A DNA stretch of 64,000 nucleotides, from assembly GCA_965113315.1 (NCBI GenBank), contig OZ220365.1. The stretch is one strand, 5' to 3'. Position numbers and translations under genes: made by a program. The notes under the pieces were generated by a model, which worked only from the letters and a program-made list of their open reading frames with translations, did not search any database and was not told the DNA's origin. The first letter of the stretch is position 1. The number at the start of each line of letters is the position of its first letter. The stretch is from Podarcis vaucheri (lineage: Eukaryota). Positions 26,338-40,745 of this stretch are shown here, one piece after another.

Positions 26338-27399
26338 TACTAGAAGCATTGGTACATATTCTCCAAAATGTATGAACATATTTAGGCTATTTCTAAATTA
26401 TTTCCGTTTAAGAAACTTTTGAAATATTACTACAATATCACAAATAAATTTACTTTGAATGCAGGAAAACATAATGAATGACGTTCACAGTTGCATCAGA
26501 TTTGTGATGGAGAAAACTCTGCGCAGCATAGGACTATAGTGGCTGAGAAAACAGGAACCAGCAGGCCATAAAGGAGGCTAACAAGCACTACCAGCCTGTA
26601 TAATTTTTAAAGAACTTTTAAAAAAAGTTTCTATCTCAGATTAGAAGTGATGGACATCAAGGTACATTTTAAACGTTCAACAGAAATAATAAAGGGGATA
26701 TGCTTGCATTGTGAAAATAAGACAAGATGTGGTGAATTGCATTCACATCTGCTATAGTGCATGGGGCAGCAGCAGTTCACAGCCCTGCTCCTATTTTATC
26801 ATTTCATACTACTACCTGTCAGGAGCATCAGACTCCTACTTTTTTGTATCAGTTTATTATTTTTAAATTTGTTTTTTAATTTCAAGTAACAAACATACCC
26901 ATACAAAGAAAACAGAGCATAGTATTTGTACAGAAAAGAAAAGAAAAATAGTGGATGCTGGTTGTAGTTTTAGATGTTCCAAGAAAGGCAATCAAATTAA
27001 AGTGTCTCTCCATAAGGTTCCATGAGGCAATGGAGGGTGAAAAGCAGATTTGATTGTCTTAAAAGTATTTAAAAGGATACAATGTTGTATAGATGGTGTG
27101 AGTCTTTCCCCACCAATCAATACTCCGTTTGTGAAATGATTGATTTGTCCATATGCACAATGTCCCATTGGTAGCCAGCATCCCAGTGTTGATGAAAACT
27201 GCAGTTCCCACCTTGGAAACCCTTGTGCTGAGTTTGAAATCAGCACAGATGTACCCATCGCACCAAAAACCGGATGAAGTCACACCAAAGTCACATTTCA
27301 GACCAACATCTTGATTCAAAATGGTGGCTGGATGCCCAACACCAATGAAAACCAGTTCCCCAGTCTCAGAAACCCTTGTTCCAAGTTTGACAACAGTAT

Positions 27400-27596
27400 G
27401 GTTACAGACTCCGCCAACCCAGAAATAGTACATCGGGTTAAGAACTTTGCTTCAGGATGAGAACAGAAATTGTGCGGTGGCAGCGTGGCGGCAGTGGGAG
27501 GCCCCATTAGCTAAAGTGGTACCTCAGGTTAAGAACAGTTTCAGGTTAAGAACGGACCTCCAGAACAAATTAAGTTATTAACCCAAGGTACCACTG
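27400..27596. mobile_element. Left-truncated copy of the 12792/14293 MITE family
   Basis: Shared body GGTTACAGACTCCGC...AAGGTACCACTG. Confidence 0.8.
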
Positions 27597-29049
27597 TGGT
27601 AGGTTCTCATATCCCAAAATAGTACTTAATAGTTATTTAAATAGTATTTTTAGCTAATAGAATTAGGAAGATTATTACTCATTGTGAGTTTTTATATATT
27701 GTTTTATACCTATGAGAATTCTACCTAAACCACACTGAATTGTTTGAAGTCACCTTGAGGAATGAAAGGAATATTTTCTTAACTGCACCAGTATTAACAT
27801 GATTGATAGGATCTGACCCACTGGCAGAATCACAGCTTTGGAGGCAGGAGTACACTAGACCCTTTATGGTACTCATTGCCTCTGAGATAGGGAGAAACAC
27901 ACTCAACTTCAGTCACCAGATTCTACTATACCTTCCTTCATCCCTGACAATGGCAAGTGGAGTCCAACATCTAGAACGCCAGAGGTTTTCTGTTCCCACC
28001 CTAGACTCCACTGCTCTGTCATACAGCCTAGAGATGACCTCTTTAGGATACACTGCTATCTATAGCTTCTGCTTCAACTCCCATGCAAGGTCAGTATAAC
28101 CATAACTGAAATGTAGTAGTGCATAAAGGTTTATTGTGTTTTCTACTTGCAGCTTTTTTAAAAAGGGCATATGACCTACAGATATGAAACATGTATCTAT
28201 AATTTTTGTTACTCTAGTGGCAGGATTCAGAGGGACCTGCGAAGATTTCTGTTTTAGAAAGTATGATGAGATTTCAATACTGCAAATCTTCCATTTTATA
28301 TATTCAACTGTGAATGCAACCTATTTAAATTTTATTATAGAAAATAGTTAAGTTGGGCATGACCTCTGCTGGGGTAACTTGCATGCTTTTGCAGGAAGAA
28401 AAGTGTCCAACAAACTCCAACTAAACATAAAGATTCACTGCTATGCAGTGAGTGCCTACCCTGAACACAGATCTGGATTGTTTCACTATATTATTGAGCT
28501 TATCTTCTACAAGCTGAGTAGCCTAACCTCACTGCTGCTACAGCAAGCTCACCGGGATTTTCTCTAAACCTCAGGGATTGAACCTTTCTGGATTTTATAT
28601 TGGGGCACCTAGGGATATTGTTTTTGGGTTTTTTTAAAAAAAATTGCATGCAAAGTGTGTGCTCTGCCACTGAGCTTTGTCCTTTCCTAAGGATATCTGC
28701 TAAATAATGGATTTTAAGGAATGAAATTTTATGGAGCACTTTCCATCTGAAATGAATTTTACACATCAATCACTGCCATTCAGTGCCTTAACATTTGGCA
28801 CGTACATATACTGTGTGGAGAAAAAAAGATTCCTTTGATAGAAACAGAGTTACCACTCCTAGGATAATTTCATTAGGAACAGATGTGTGCATAATACAAA
28901 AAATATACATTATAGTACAAGATGGATATGATACACACAAATGGCTGTGTGTATATGGATAGATAGATAAGGGTGTGGGTGTGTAATATCATGCCTTAAT
29001 GGTCTGTGTGGTAACTAGATGCATATCATGGGTTTGTACCCTTTCCCTG

Positions 29050-29080
<31 letters not shown>
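29050..29080. repeat. (GATT)n microsatellite
   Basis: Direct read. Confidence 0.9.
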
Positions 29081-29083
<3 letters not shown>

Positions 29084-32000
29084 TTAACTACTCACTTACA
29101 GCACATAGAATGCAAGTTATCTGATTCACACTTCCCAAAATAATATGCAGTTCTTTTGAGGAATTATTATATATATATTTTTTCACTTCATTGCTGCTGA
29201 TTTAAATTAAAATTATGGGAATCTTTGTATTGAAGAGCAGACTAGTAAATTCCTACCTCATTGAATACTGTAAAAAGCACAGTTTTGTAAACTCATATTT
29301 CACCATAGTCTTAAAAAAAAAAGACTACAAGTTTAGCTGGCCAAACCAATCAGAAAGCTTGCATCATTATAGTAGGTTGAACTCTAGTAATAGTTATGCT
29401 AGTAAAACAAAGTACTATGTACCAGTGCATTGTACTGATATTTTTCTGGTGTTCCCTGGCAGGCATACCAGCTCAAGATATACTTGTTTCATGATTATTA
29501 GTTTAAAATACTCAGAAACAAATATGGGCTGCTTTAGGATTATTCTTTTCACCTCTAGGTGGCCATATTAATCTTTTTTCTTTTCTTTTTTTAGCATGGG
29601 ACTACTTAGAAAAGATGACTTACCAATATGGCAAGATCAAGCTATGATTAAAAATGTTTCAACATGTAATATTTTCTATAATTTTCCTCTTATTTCTCAT
29701 TTTACATTTTATATAAATAATGAAGTACATATATAAAACTTAAAATATTATAAGAATGACAGTTACTTCAAGCAGATATGGCACTTCAAGATACTATTAT
29801 TCTCCTTTTAGAATAAATAGCTCTGAATCTAATAAAGTTGCACTCCTATGCAATGCAGTTCTCCAGCCAAGTAACATGTAGAAAAATACATAAACTAGTG
29901 TAAGATATGCATATAAATGTATATATTATTGAAAACAAATACAAAAATGCATGTTGTTCAGGAAAATTGCATACAAACATGTATATTAGGAGAAATTAGC
30001 ACTCAAATGCTGATGAATTTTAATGAGGACTTTAAAAAAATAATTTGCAAACAGATGTGCATATGTGAAGAACTGAGTTTAAGGTTGGAATAACTGAAAG
30101 AAACAGAAATGGACATATTTGTGCATCCCTATTGGCTACTCAAGAAAAATTAAAACAACTGCATAGGCCTGTTGGCATAAAACCAGTCTTCAAGAGACAC
30201 CTGAAAGTCAAAAGCGTGGATGCTTGCCGAATCTTCTGGAATAAATTCCCTTCATTGTTATAGTGCTTTGTCTTTCAGTTTTCATGAGCTAGTGGTTTTC
30301 AAATGTTATGCTTTCAGGGTATGTCAGTTTGTCTGTTGAGGGACCTGGTGCACTGCAGAGGATTCTGGGTTTTATTCTAGGATATACTGTATACATAAAT
30401 CAGAAGTGTTAGGTCATAGCATTTAAATGCCTTGTGTTCTCTTTCCCCCCCAACCCTCTACTGCATATACGGTAACACCAAATGTCTTACAACAAATGTA
30501 ACTGAAGAACCTGAAGAAAGAGACAATGCATGTGCTTTTGAAAATGAGGGGAAATTATTAGTCTTTTAAAGAAGAAAAGGAGTGTGTAGCAGCTCCCAGT
30601 ATTTAAAGAGCCCCCACCCCTTTTACATCATTAGAACCAGAACATAAACCTATGAAACTAGAAAAAGAGCAAAAAATATCAATGTTTGGTCCAGATGCTA
30701 GGTACTGCACCCTCACTAAAGTAGACTGTATGGATGATTCACTAAATGATTGTAGGATGACATGTGTACCTGAGCTTACGGCCTCAAATTCTCTTTATCT
30801 TATATGCTGTTTTATAACAAAAATGACGACTAGACTACTGATTCTAAACTGAATAGTTAGTTGCCCAACCATCCCCTCCAGAACCCACCGCTCTCAACTG
30901 ACTCTCAACTGCCTTGCATTCAGACTCCTTTCAAATCCTCATCCAGTCATCACTCACCACCAGAATTCCACAATCTCTCTTTCCCCCTCCCTCCCTCCTT
31001 AACCTTCCCATAATAATTCTGATACAGTTACCTTAATAACCCTGTTACATTCAATGTTTTATACACACTGCTACCTATAACCATACTGTTTAGAAGCACT
31101 TGAGCTTCCCATTCCTTGTTCCTAGGAAATGGGGGTGAGCAAACTGCAGGTTCTTCATCCCTGTTCTAAAAAGCAGATGTCTTCCCCCAAATGATCCTGG
31201 GACTTGTACTTTGTTAGGGGTTATGGGGATTGTAAGTCTGTGAGAAGGAAGCCACAAAGGCAGGAATCCTTTTGGGGGAAGTCATGTGCTTTAAAGGCGC
31301 ATTGGATGCTCTTTAAAACATAGCATCATCAACCCCCTACAATGAAGGAATCTCAACTAGATGATCCATGGCCGATGGCCATCCAAGCGCTGCTTAAAAG
31401 CATCCAAGGAAGGGGAATCACTGCTTCAGCCCTAAGGGCCTCTGGAGCAGCTGAAAACAAACTTGTTCCATCCTCCATGTGACAGCCCTTTAGACTTTAG
31501 TTATTAAAAGGGCTGCATGGTGTGGATTTCATATCAGTGTTATGAGTGTGGAAGCAACACATTTCTCTCTCCCCTATCCCCACACCATGCAGAATTGCAA
31601 TGGTAACCAGAAGGCTGGAGTTTGGAGCCCAGCCAGGGCTGGCTGTGGGCAGGATCCTTGCATTGCCGGGGGTTTGACTAGATTACCTCTTGGATCTCTT
31701 CCAAGCCTGCCATGCTTTGATTATATCAAGCAGCTAAAGGAACAAAAAGATGCTTCTGAAAGATTTGAGAATCATAGGACACTCTCCCCACCAGTGGCTT
31801 CCAGCAAGAGCTTGCATCTTTCTTAGGAGAGAGGCAGTCCAGAACAAGGTGGGAAAGGCTCAGAGTTCAGGTAGGTGGAAATGCCAAATACTATAGGAAT
31901 GCTTCCTTCCGGTGTCCCCCACCCTCATGCGCCAGACTGGTGCTAGCATGGCTGGGAGCTAGGCACTGCTGATTCCTCCAATTTCTTTGCAGGGAGGGAG

Positions 32001-35000
32001 CCTTTCCCCAACATATACTTTGTTCTGGCCAAATCCCTGGAGAGACATGATGACCCTCAGGAACTGGGGCAGAGGGAAGGAAGGGGTCCTTGTGGAACAC
32101 ATTTAGGGAGTCTGTGGCTTCCAGCAAGTGCTTTTCAGAAGCATTGCTCTCTCCAACAGGTGAGGCTGAGCATAACCATCATGGCTAGTTGCCTTTGATA
32201 GGCCTCTCCTCCATGCAATTGTCTAGCCTTCTTTGAAAGCCATCCCATCCAAGAAGCTCTTGTGGTGCATCTGATTCTCCTATGCTTCCTTGCTCTTGCA
32301 AGGAGATGACTATTATGAAATCCTTTGGTTAACATCTATCTGGGCAGGAAAATATTAAAGAATCAGAGGTCTGGTGAGCTTCCCTTGAAGCACAACTGAC
32401 CAAAGGCAGGCAGATCTGTTAGCATCTTGATAAAGATGCTCAAATGACGAAGGATGCTATCATACCCCGCAAGCATCTCAGAAAAAGCTCCCAAGCTGAA
32501 GAAGAGAGCAGTTAAGTGCTCAGTGGGGCTCCAGGTTGCCGTTTCTGGATCCCACCGCAGCCCTTCCAAGTTGCCAAAGAAATCATTGACACAACAGTTT
32601 TTTTCTCGCACCTCCTCCCCATGATCCCACATGGGGCCTTCTCAGAGGGGAGACTGCCCGCTGGGGGGCGGGTGGGCTGGGGAGCCCCTCTAGATTTAGA
32701 GGCCCTAGTTTTCAGCCTGCTGGGCCTATACATAAATCCAGCACTGCTTGTGTAACCTGATGGTGCGTCCTGGAACTTAAAAATCTATGACCCATGGTGT
32801 ATTGGAAGATCAGTAGTAATGTGGGAAAGCTATATTTCAGGAATTTTCTCTTCTGCTACTCATGTTCTCATTGACATCCTCTTAATAAACTTCTGAGGAG
32901 TATCATGAGCCACTAGAACACAGTTTGCAATTCACTGCTCTTGTCTTGCAATCTGTGTTGTCCATACCATCCCAAGAAACTATCTCAGCAAGCAGTAATC
33001 TAGTTAATTAGATTCTCAAGTTTTCATTTTCAGTTCATTTATTTATTTAATAATTTTATGTCTCACCTTTTAGGGCAAAAATGCTCCTAAGGTAGTTTTC
33101 AAACATTTAAAACAAGAATGAAAATATTTTGATAGGTAGACAGACAAAGCCATATGTATTTTAGGGAGAGACTTCCAAAAATGTAGACCCATCACTTTCT
33201 CTGATATCTCCTAATTTAATTAACTTTCATTGCAGGCCAGAGAGCAGGACCCATGCAGATTCATATGGGTGTAGGTAGTCTAAATACAATTCTCCTTTAA
33301 TTTCACAGGATATGGAAGCGAATGGGCCATTTTCTTTAAAATGTGCCCAGGTCTTATGGCGACTGTCCTAGTGTTCTTCTCAAGTATAACTCTTCCACAC
33401 ATAATCCTGGCTTGACTATAGCTTGCTGCTGCGGATATAGCTAAGTGTTCAACAAACTAATTTACAAGCAAATTAGCAAATTTACTATTTAGGTGAATTT
33501 GCACATGATGTTTTGGTTAGTTTTCTTTGGAACTCTTAAGGGAAATCATTAGTACATATCTTGTATAGCCTTTCTCAAAGGGTACATTAGTGCTCATCCA
33601 CACTTCCTTCTGCACCATTGCTTTGCATGGAAAACCTGTTTGCTGTTTGCTCCAGTTCAGCAGTAAAATACAGGTTTTCTCAGGGAATGCGCTGGGACAA
33701 AAAAATTCCACCCTGCTGTGACACAGAGCTTTAAAGCCCAGACCTGTGCTTAGAAATGTGGCACAAAAGGAAGGCTGGATTAGCCCTTAGTATAGCCTTT
33801 TTTGAATTAGCTTTTTTGAGGGTGGTAGAAATAACAACAACAACAACAATAATGGCAATTAAAGAACATCTTTGCCTTTTCAGCAACAGCCCTTTCAGCC
33901 GTACCTTTGCTAGGTATCAGTATTACATAGAGTCTAACATAGAAGTGGGCCTGCTTAGAGAAGATTTTATTTTTAATAGTGAAAATGAAAGAGTGAAGGG
34001 GAAGAAGTGAAATGCTTTTTAAAGCTGTTTTCATGACAGTTTTATTTTATTTTTTTAAAGTAGGCTGACAAAAAGGAACAAACTGAAGCATTTTTGATAA
34101 CCTAGTGTCTTGTTTCTTTCCAGATGCCTTTCTCTCTCCAAACAATTCAGCATCAGATTCTTCCAGCCACAAGCTGCCAAGTTAAAAGCAATAACAGACT
34201 GTAGGCTCCTGGAAAAGGCTGATGTTTGTAATGTGTTTATAGTTAGTGAACATTAAAATTTTCCTACCACACTGTGGGTGCAAACCCACCTTCTATCCAA
34301 GTCACTGGCAAAAATCCCATTGATTGTAATTGATCTGAAGGTTTTGAAGATAGGGTTACATGTTGAATTGTGCTGCGTCCAAGCGGTTTGTTATAATGTA
34401 TGCTGTTGTGTGGAGATTAAAGACTGCATCAGCTTGCATGAATTCTGTGGTGAAGGATGGTTATGTCTGAAATCATTTCCCCTCCTTTCTCTTTTACTAT
34501 TAAGCGAACAACACGACTGGAGTTAATACTTCTGTTTAACTCTGCATGTTGCTGCCTAATACTACTTATTCAAGGAGAAGAGGACACGTGCCTGTTTAAT
34601 CCTTAAGGTACCAGAAATAATTTTAGGTTTATTGGCTAGTGTTGTAGTGTTTTGCAGTGATTTAGCTGTTCACAGGATCAGGTGTACCCTAGTGATGAGG
34701 CATGATCCCAGTTGTTTATTGGCAAGGATTTGCAAGTAAAACATGGTGTGTGTCTGTGTGGTTTATGGAGTACAATTGCTCAAAGAACATTCTTCTAAAG
34801 GAGGAATGGCTGCCAAACATCTAGAAAACCTGATTTCACACCCACAACTTTTACTGGATTTGTCATGGATGCTGGCCTTGTGAGGCACAGTACTCCTCCA
34901 TAACCGTAAGATCCATGATTGTGGTACTTATTGAAGGAAGGACTGTAGCCTCCCAGAGAGGCGTTACTGTAGCCAGTTTTTATCAGACAGATAAAAACAG

Positions 35001-35311
35001 AGCTGAGGCAAGGAGAATTTGAGGTTTAGGAACTGCCAGATCCAGGACACTGTTGGAGCAGAAGGAGTGTCCTCCCCTTATCTTTTCCTTGTATGTGGCC
35101 TTTAAAAAATGTTTCAGTGTAATAGAAAATAAGTATCCCATCCCAGATTGGCATACTACCCACATTCCAGAATGTGTTGAAATGACATCTGATCAAGATG
35201 CAGCAGCAGAATGCCACCTTTTTTTCCTTGACTTCTAAGGAGGCATTGATGGTGAACCTTTCTATGGAGGTTGGGAGAAGGTTTCCAAGGGCAGGATTTC
35301 CCCTCATTGGT

Positions 35312-35647
35312 GTTGTTGTTTAGTCGTGTCCGACTCTTCGTGACCCCATGGACCAGAGCACGCCAGGCACTCCTGTCTTCCACTGCCTCCTGCAGTTTGG
35401 TCAAACTCATGCTGGGAGCTTCAAGAACACTGTCCAACCATCTCGTCCTCTGTCGTCCCCTTCTCCTTGTGCCCCCAATCTTTCCCAACATCAGGGTCTT
35501 TTCCAGGGAGTCTTCTCTTCTCATGAGGTGGCCAAAGTATTGGAGTCTCAGCTTCAGGATCTGTCCTTCCAGTGAGCACTCAGGGCTGATTTCCTTCAGA
35601 ATGGATAGGTTTGATCTTCTTGCAGTCCATGGGACTATCAAGAGACT
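35312..35647 (-). mobile_element. BovB LINE 3' fragment
   Basis: ORF 35156..35641 (VPWTARRSNLSILKEISPECSLEG...); (CAA)n tail; imperfect TSD CTCATTGGT/CTCATAGGT. Confidence 0.93.
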
Positions 35648-36271
35648 CTCATAGGTAGAAAAGTTAATTTTACTAGTTCTGCTATTATCCTATTTTGAAG
35701 AATGTTCTACTGTTTTAATATTTTGGTTTTGATGCACAGTTGTTTTAATTGATTGTTTTAATTGTTCTCTGCTCCAGAACCCTTTGGGGTTAACAAGTGT
35801 GAGCTACAAACAAAATATCTCTAATAAGAAGAAATTTTAAAAATTGCATTGTTGAAAAATATGCACATATTAAAAATAAGAAAATACAAAGAATAAATAT
35901 TTAGCACAACAAACTTATATAAATGGACATACATAAGCATAATAAAAGAACATTGCTGTTTTAATATAATTATCATAAAGAGGAACAGAATTGTCAGCTC
36001 TTTTACTTAAAATATAATTTTAAATTACTCGATGCATGATGCACCAAGTAATGGTGGGGCCTGGGGCCTTCCAGATAAGGATGGAAACCAACTTCCATCA
36101 GCCCCAGCCAGCATGATCCTTGGCCACAGATGGTGGGAGCTCTAACCCAAGATTACAAATTTCCTACCCCGTCATAAAAAAATTCTTTTTTATCCAGGTT
36201 TGTCCTTATAACTAATTTGATACACTTTTTGCCTTGCACAGAATTATAAAAAAATAGGTATGATACATGTG

Positions 36272-36514
36272 CTCCTGCCAACCTAGCAGTTCGAAAGCAC
36301 ATCAAAGTGCAAGTAGATAAAATAGGTACTGCTCCGGCAGGAAGGTAAACGGCGTTTCCGTGCACTGCTCTGGTTTGCCAGAAGCGGCTTAGTCATGCTG
36401 GCCACATGACCCGGAAGCTGTACACCGGCTCCTTCGGCCAGTAAAGCAAGATGAGAGCCGCAACCCCAGAGTCGTCTGCGACTGGACCTAACGGTCAGGG
36501 GTCCCTTTACCTTT
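36272..36514 (+). mobile_element. 5'-truncated Sauria SINE
   Basis: Body plus CCCTTTACCTTT tail; TSD ATGATACATGTG at 36260-36271 and 36515-36526. Confidence 0.9.
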
Positions 36515-36899
36515 ATGATACATGTGATGAGCATATAATGGGTTTGGTTTTTGTTTTAATTTATTTTGTTGACACTTAAACTTATGTAAGCTGCCCTGGG
36601 AACTGTTAAAGGGTGGGTTATAAATCCCTAAAATCAATCAATCAATAATAAAGAGGCGGTGGAGTTTGTTGTGGTGAAAACGATGTATTGTAGGTGTAGA
36701 AGTCTTTTGAGGGTGATTTGAAGGAAAAGGCAGTTTGCAGGATGCAGAATGGGTGGGAACTCTTCCAGGTATAGAATGTGATATTGTAGAAAGCGTGAAG
36801 ACAGTATTGGGAGAATGGAGCAAAGCTTGTATGTAGCTAGGACTGCTTCATTCAATCCCCCTACCCTGCCAACCCACCAGTCTGTGGCTTGAAGTCTAA

Positions 36900-38560
36900 G
36901 AAGGAAAGGAAAATAAAGTCCTTAAGATGACCTTGAGTTTATGTACTTGGAAAATATCAGAGACACAAACATTTCCAATGAGTGATATTCAATAAGTAGG
37001 AAACTGTCTGTTCCTTCATCTGTCTTTATATCTATTTCTATACAGGAGATATACCACTATATTGGTAGTAATGGTAGAGATATCCAATCTTTTTTTTAAA
37101 AAAAGCCAGGGAGCCAGAATAACCCCCATTCAGTCTTTCAAACCTCAACAGCTGTTACCCATGTGCATTTCACTCATATATCCCCAGCAGCAGCAGAAGA
37201 TGGCTTGCAGGTGCTAGCCTTGGGGCCTGTGAAAGGTTTTTGGCTTAGCAGGAATTGAACTAACACAAAGATGATTATGTGGGAGTAGGTTAGCAAACCT
37301 TCCCTCCGTGTCATGTTTGCTTCCAAGGTGATGCCGGGGTTTAATGGGTACACTGAGGTGGGGATGTTTCCAATTATCTCTATCTCCTCTTGCACCCATT
37401 GTTTTGTTTCATCTTCTAAGATGTATGGGATAATGTGGCGCACATGGTTGGCGATGTATTGAGGATTTTCCAACTCCTTCTGAGGAGGGGAGATGCAGAA
37501 GCTTGGAGTTTATTTGTGGCTTTTTGTGTGAGAAGATAAATGAGTGTAGTTTTTTCTGCCACAGAGTTGTGTTGAGGGGATCAAAACTGGGAGGATTGCT
37601 GAAAGCCTTATTTAGGCATTCAGTGCCAAATGGAACTGATCACGCAGGGCTACCCCACCTTCTTAATCTGAGTTCTCATCCACACGATGGAAACCTTATG
37701 CACGTAGAAGGGGACTCCTTCAAACTGATGCCAATCACACTTTGGATGGAAAAGTCTGACTGGTACATGTGACATCTTTGAGGGGGCAGAGTTATGTTCC
37801 TCCTGGTTCCTTCATGTGTTTCATACCCACATGTACTAAAGACTTAAAGTTGCAATTACTCTCTGCTCATTAAAGAGTAAATAAGTGTGTCTTGGGTCAC
37901 ACGCATACATTACCTGGGGAGAGCAGCATTGGCCGAGGGAGGAATCAGGTACCGGTAATTAGCCCTATCCAAAGATTGGTTACCAAAAGTTCAGGCCCTA
38001 AAACAATTCATTTTTCTTATTCCTCCCTTCTTTGCTGGAAAGAGAATTCAGTATGAAAAATAATTTCTGAGGAACTTAAAATCTTGCTCACTAAATTTTG
38101 TCGTAATAGAAGGTATTACACTACTGTTGCTCTTGGATTACCCCCCCCCCGCAATGGACTTACATGGCTGCCCGCAGTTTTAGATGCATCACGTGACCTT
38201 TCTCATTCTATATCAAAGTAATTATGTAAATATTTTTTTCTCGCGTATCTGGTTTACATATTTTCAGTATTGTGGATTCTCACTTTACATTTGGTCTGTG
38301 AGTTTGTGCTCATATATATTGTCATCTACTACTTTGACCTGATTTTACTTGTAGATGAAGCATTAGAATTGTACATTCTCAGAACACTTTTTTTACGTGG
38401 ATCAGCACCTTCTTCCTTCAGCTCAAAGTTATTTGATTTTTGTCTTTAGCTAGCTTGTTCATCTCCTTTGAAAACCAACAGGTTGTTTTCTGCCAACAGA
38501 ACAGAAAGCATTATCTGAAAGCATTTGCTTTATTGTTACATGACCAGATACATATTTAGA
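36900..38560 (-). mobile_element. Highly decayed L1/Tx1-like ORF2 fragment
   Basis: Minus-strand remnants resembling L1 motifs (KLLHLPSSEG..NPQYIANHVRHII; RDASKTA); many stops; boundaries approximate. Confidence 0.4.
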
Positions 38561-38904
38561 AATAAGTTACAGTACTGAGACTTTAATTCTAAATTTACTT
38601 AGTGTCATGGCTTTACGCACCATGTTTGGCATTTATATCCTGTTTCCTCACATATATTCAGACTCAGGGTTCAACTAAGTGACATGCCATTTGTGCAATT
38701 AACAAATGTGTGGATGTTGTATTAAATTTGTATACTGCCCTTCATCTGTAGATTCAGGGCTATTCGCAACATAAAATTACAATATAAAAAACACAAAATA
38801 CATAACAAAAGCAAACAAGCCAATAACCCCCTCCCCCTTCCACAAACACATTTCAGTCAAAAGGTTGAAGGGGAACATTTTCATCTGGTGCCTAAAGATG
38901 TATA

Positions 38905-39141
38905 CAGTGGAACCTCGGGTTGCGAACGTAATCCGTGCGGGAGGCACGTTCGCAACCCACAGTGCCGCGCCTGTGCACGCGCATGACGAGCTTCTGCGCA
39001 TGCGCAAAGCACGATTTAGTGTTTCTGCGCATGCGCGAGCACCGAATCCTGGAAGTAACCCGTTCCGGTACTTCCAGGTTTCAGCGCGTCAGTAACCTGA
39101 AAACACGTAACCCGAAGTGTCTGTAACCCAAGGTACCACTG
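38905..39141. mobile_element. Tc1/mariner MITE (CpG-rich) inserted in an older L2-like fragment (about 38720-39330, minus strand)
   Basis: TIRs CAGTGGAACCTCGGGTT / AACCCAAGGTACCACTG, TA TSD. Confidence 0.85.
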
Positions 39142-40745
39142 TAATGTGTATAATGAAGACAACAGCTGAACTTCCCTGTGGAGAGTATTCTGCAAAAGGG
39201 GAGCCACTGCAGAAAAGGCCTGTTCTCGTGTTGCCACCCTCCAGACCTCTCATGGAGGAGGCATATGAAGAAGGGCCTCAGAGGATGAATGTGGGATTTG
39301 GGTCAGTCCATATGGGGAAAGGCAGCCTTTGAGCCTTTAACCCTTCCCCCCACAAATAGAAATCCAATAGAAATAACAGGCATGATCAAGACTGGGACTA
39401 CAGCAAGTGCTAAAGCCCTGCGTCCTATCCCCTTGCTAGCCAGGGTCCCGGTCCAAATCAGAGCCCTCTTGTACTAACTATTTAAAACAGCAACACTGAC
39501 ACAGTTGCTAATGGCATCTTGTCTAATTTACCCTCGGGGACACAGAAATAGTTTGCTGAGATTGATACAATAGTTTCTGGGCCATCTTCCTCTTGTCTTT
39601 GCAAAGGCCATTCTCGCTGGAACTGTTGTCTTTTTCCATGGCTTGTATAGAAATGTTTTCAGAAACCTTCTAAAACCTGTTTTTCATTTCTAATTTGTGA
39701 GCTAGTTTATATTTTTAGTATTTAGAGTTTATTGACTTGGTTTTACAGTCTTCAGGTTAATTTTATTTTGTAGTAGTTCATCCTTCTACCAGTAGTTTAC
39801 AAATGCACTATTATATGGATGCCACACATTAATAGCATTCCTTCGCAAAATGCATCAATTTGTCAGATAAAGGAAGAAATTAGCTACACTTTCTTCATGT
39901 TAAAAGTCACACCCTATCTAATTTAGAGGCATCTTTGACTAGAAGTTGCAAGCCTTAGGATACTGATTTGAATTATGCATGACTGTCTGGTTTGCAGTTC
40001 CATTAGCCTGCTGTTTGGATAATGTAAACATGCTCTGAATTTTAAGTATACTATATGAGTGGCAGGTTAAAAATAGAGCTAATAAGAGTACATATTTGGA
40101 AGATGTGAATCTCAGAACAGAAGGCTGATCACTCCCAGCAACTTGAATTAGGATGGAAACACATGACCTGCAGCATGGTGATGCTAACAGCAAGGGTGAT
40201 GACCATCTGTGGCCTTTTGCCATGTGGTAAGTTAACATAATCACTACTGGAAATACACTGATGTTAATGCTGCCAGAGGTATGTAAAGCTAAACTTATCA
40301 CATAGTTTGAGACCACAGGTAGTTGTGATTCTGGGCCTGAGAACAGGAAGTGAAAGTGAGGGAACACCACTTACTACCTACAGCTTTTAAATGGACAATC
40401 TCCCGACATTTAATCAGTTGACTACAGCCCCTCCTGGACAATTATATTTGTAAATAATGTAGTCAAAAGGCCAAGGGGATTCAATAATTGATCTGTTGCT
40501 GATGAATAGCCATTATAGTGAGGATAGACTTACTACCCAAGGCCTCAGATGGAGAGAATGTGTATCCATGTACATAGGTGGGGAGGGTGATTTATTTGCT
40601 GAAATTTATCACAAATACTTTATAGTGCAACCATAGCCATATCTATTGAAGTCTTGTTAAGAGTTAGTGTTGCAACCATACATGGCAATTCTATAAATAC
40701 TCACCTGGGATTAAGCCAATTGGACTTGCTACTCAGGTAGTGGGT

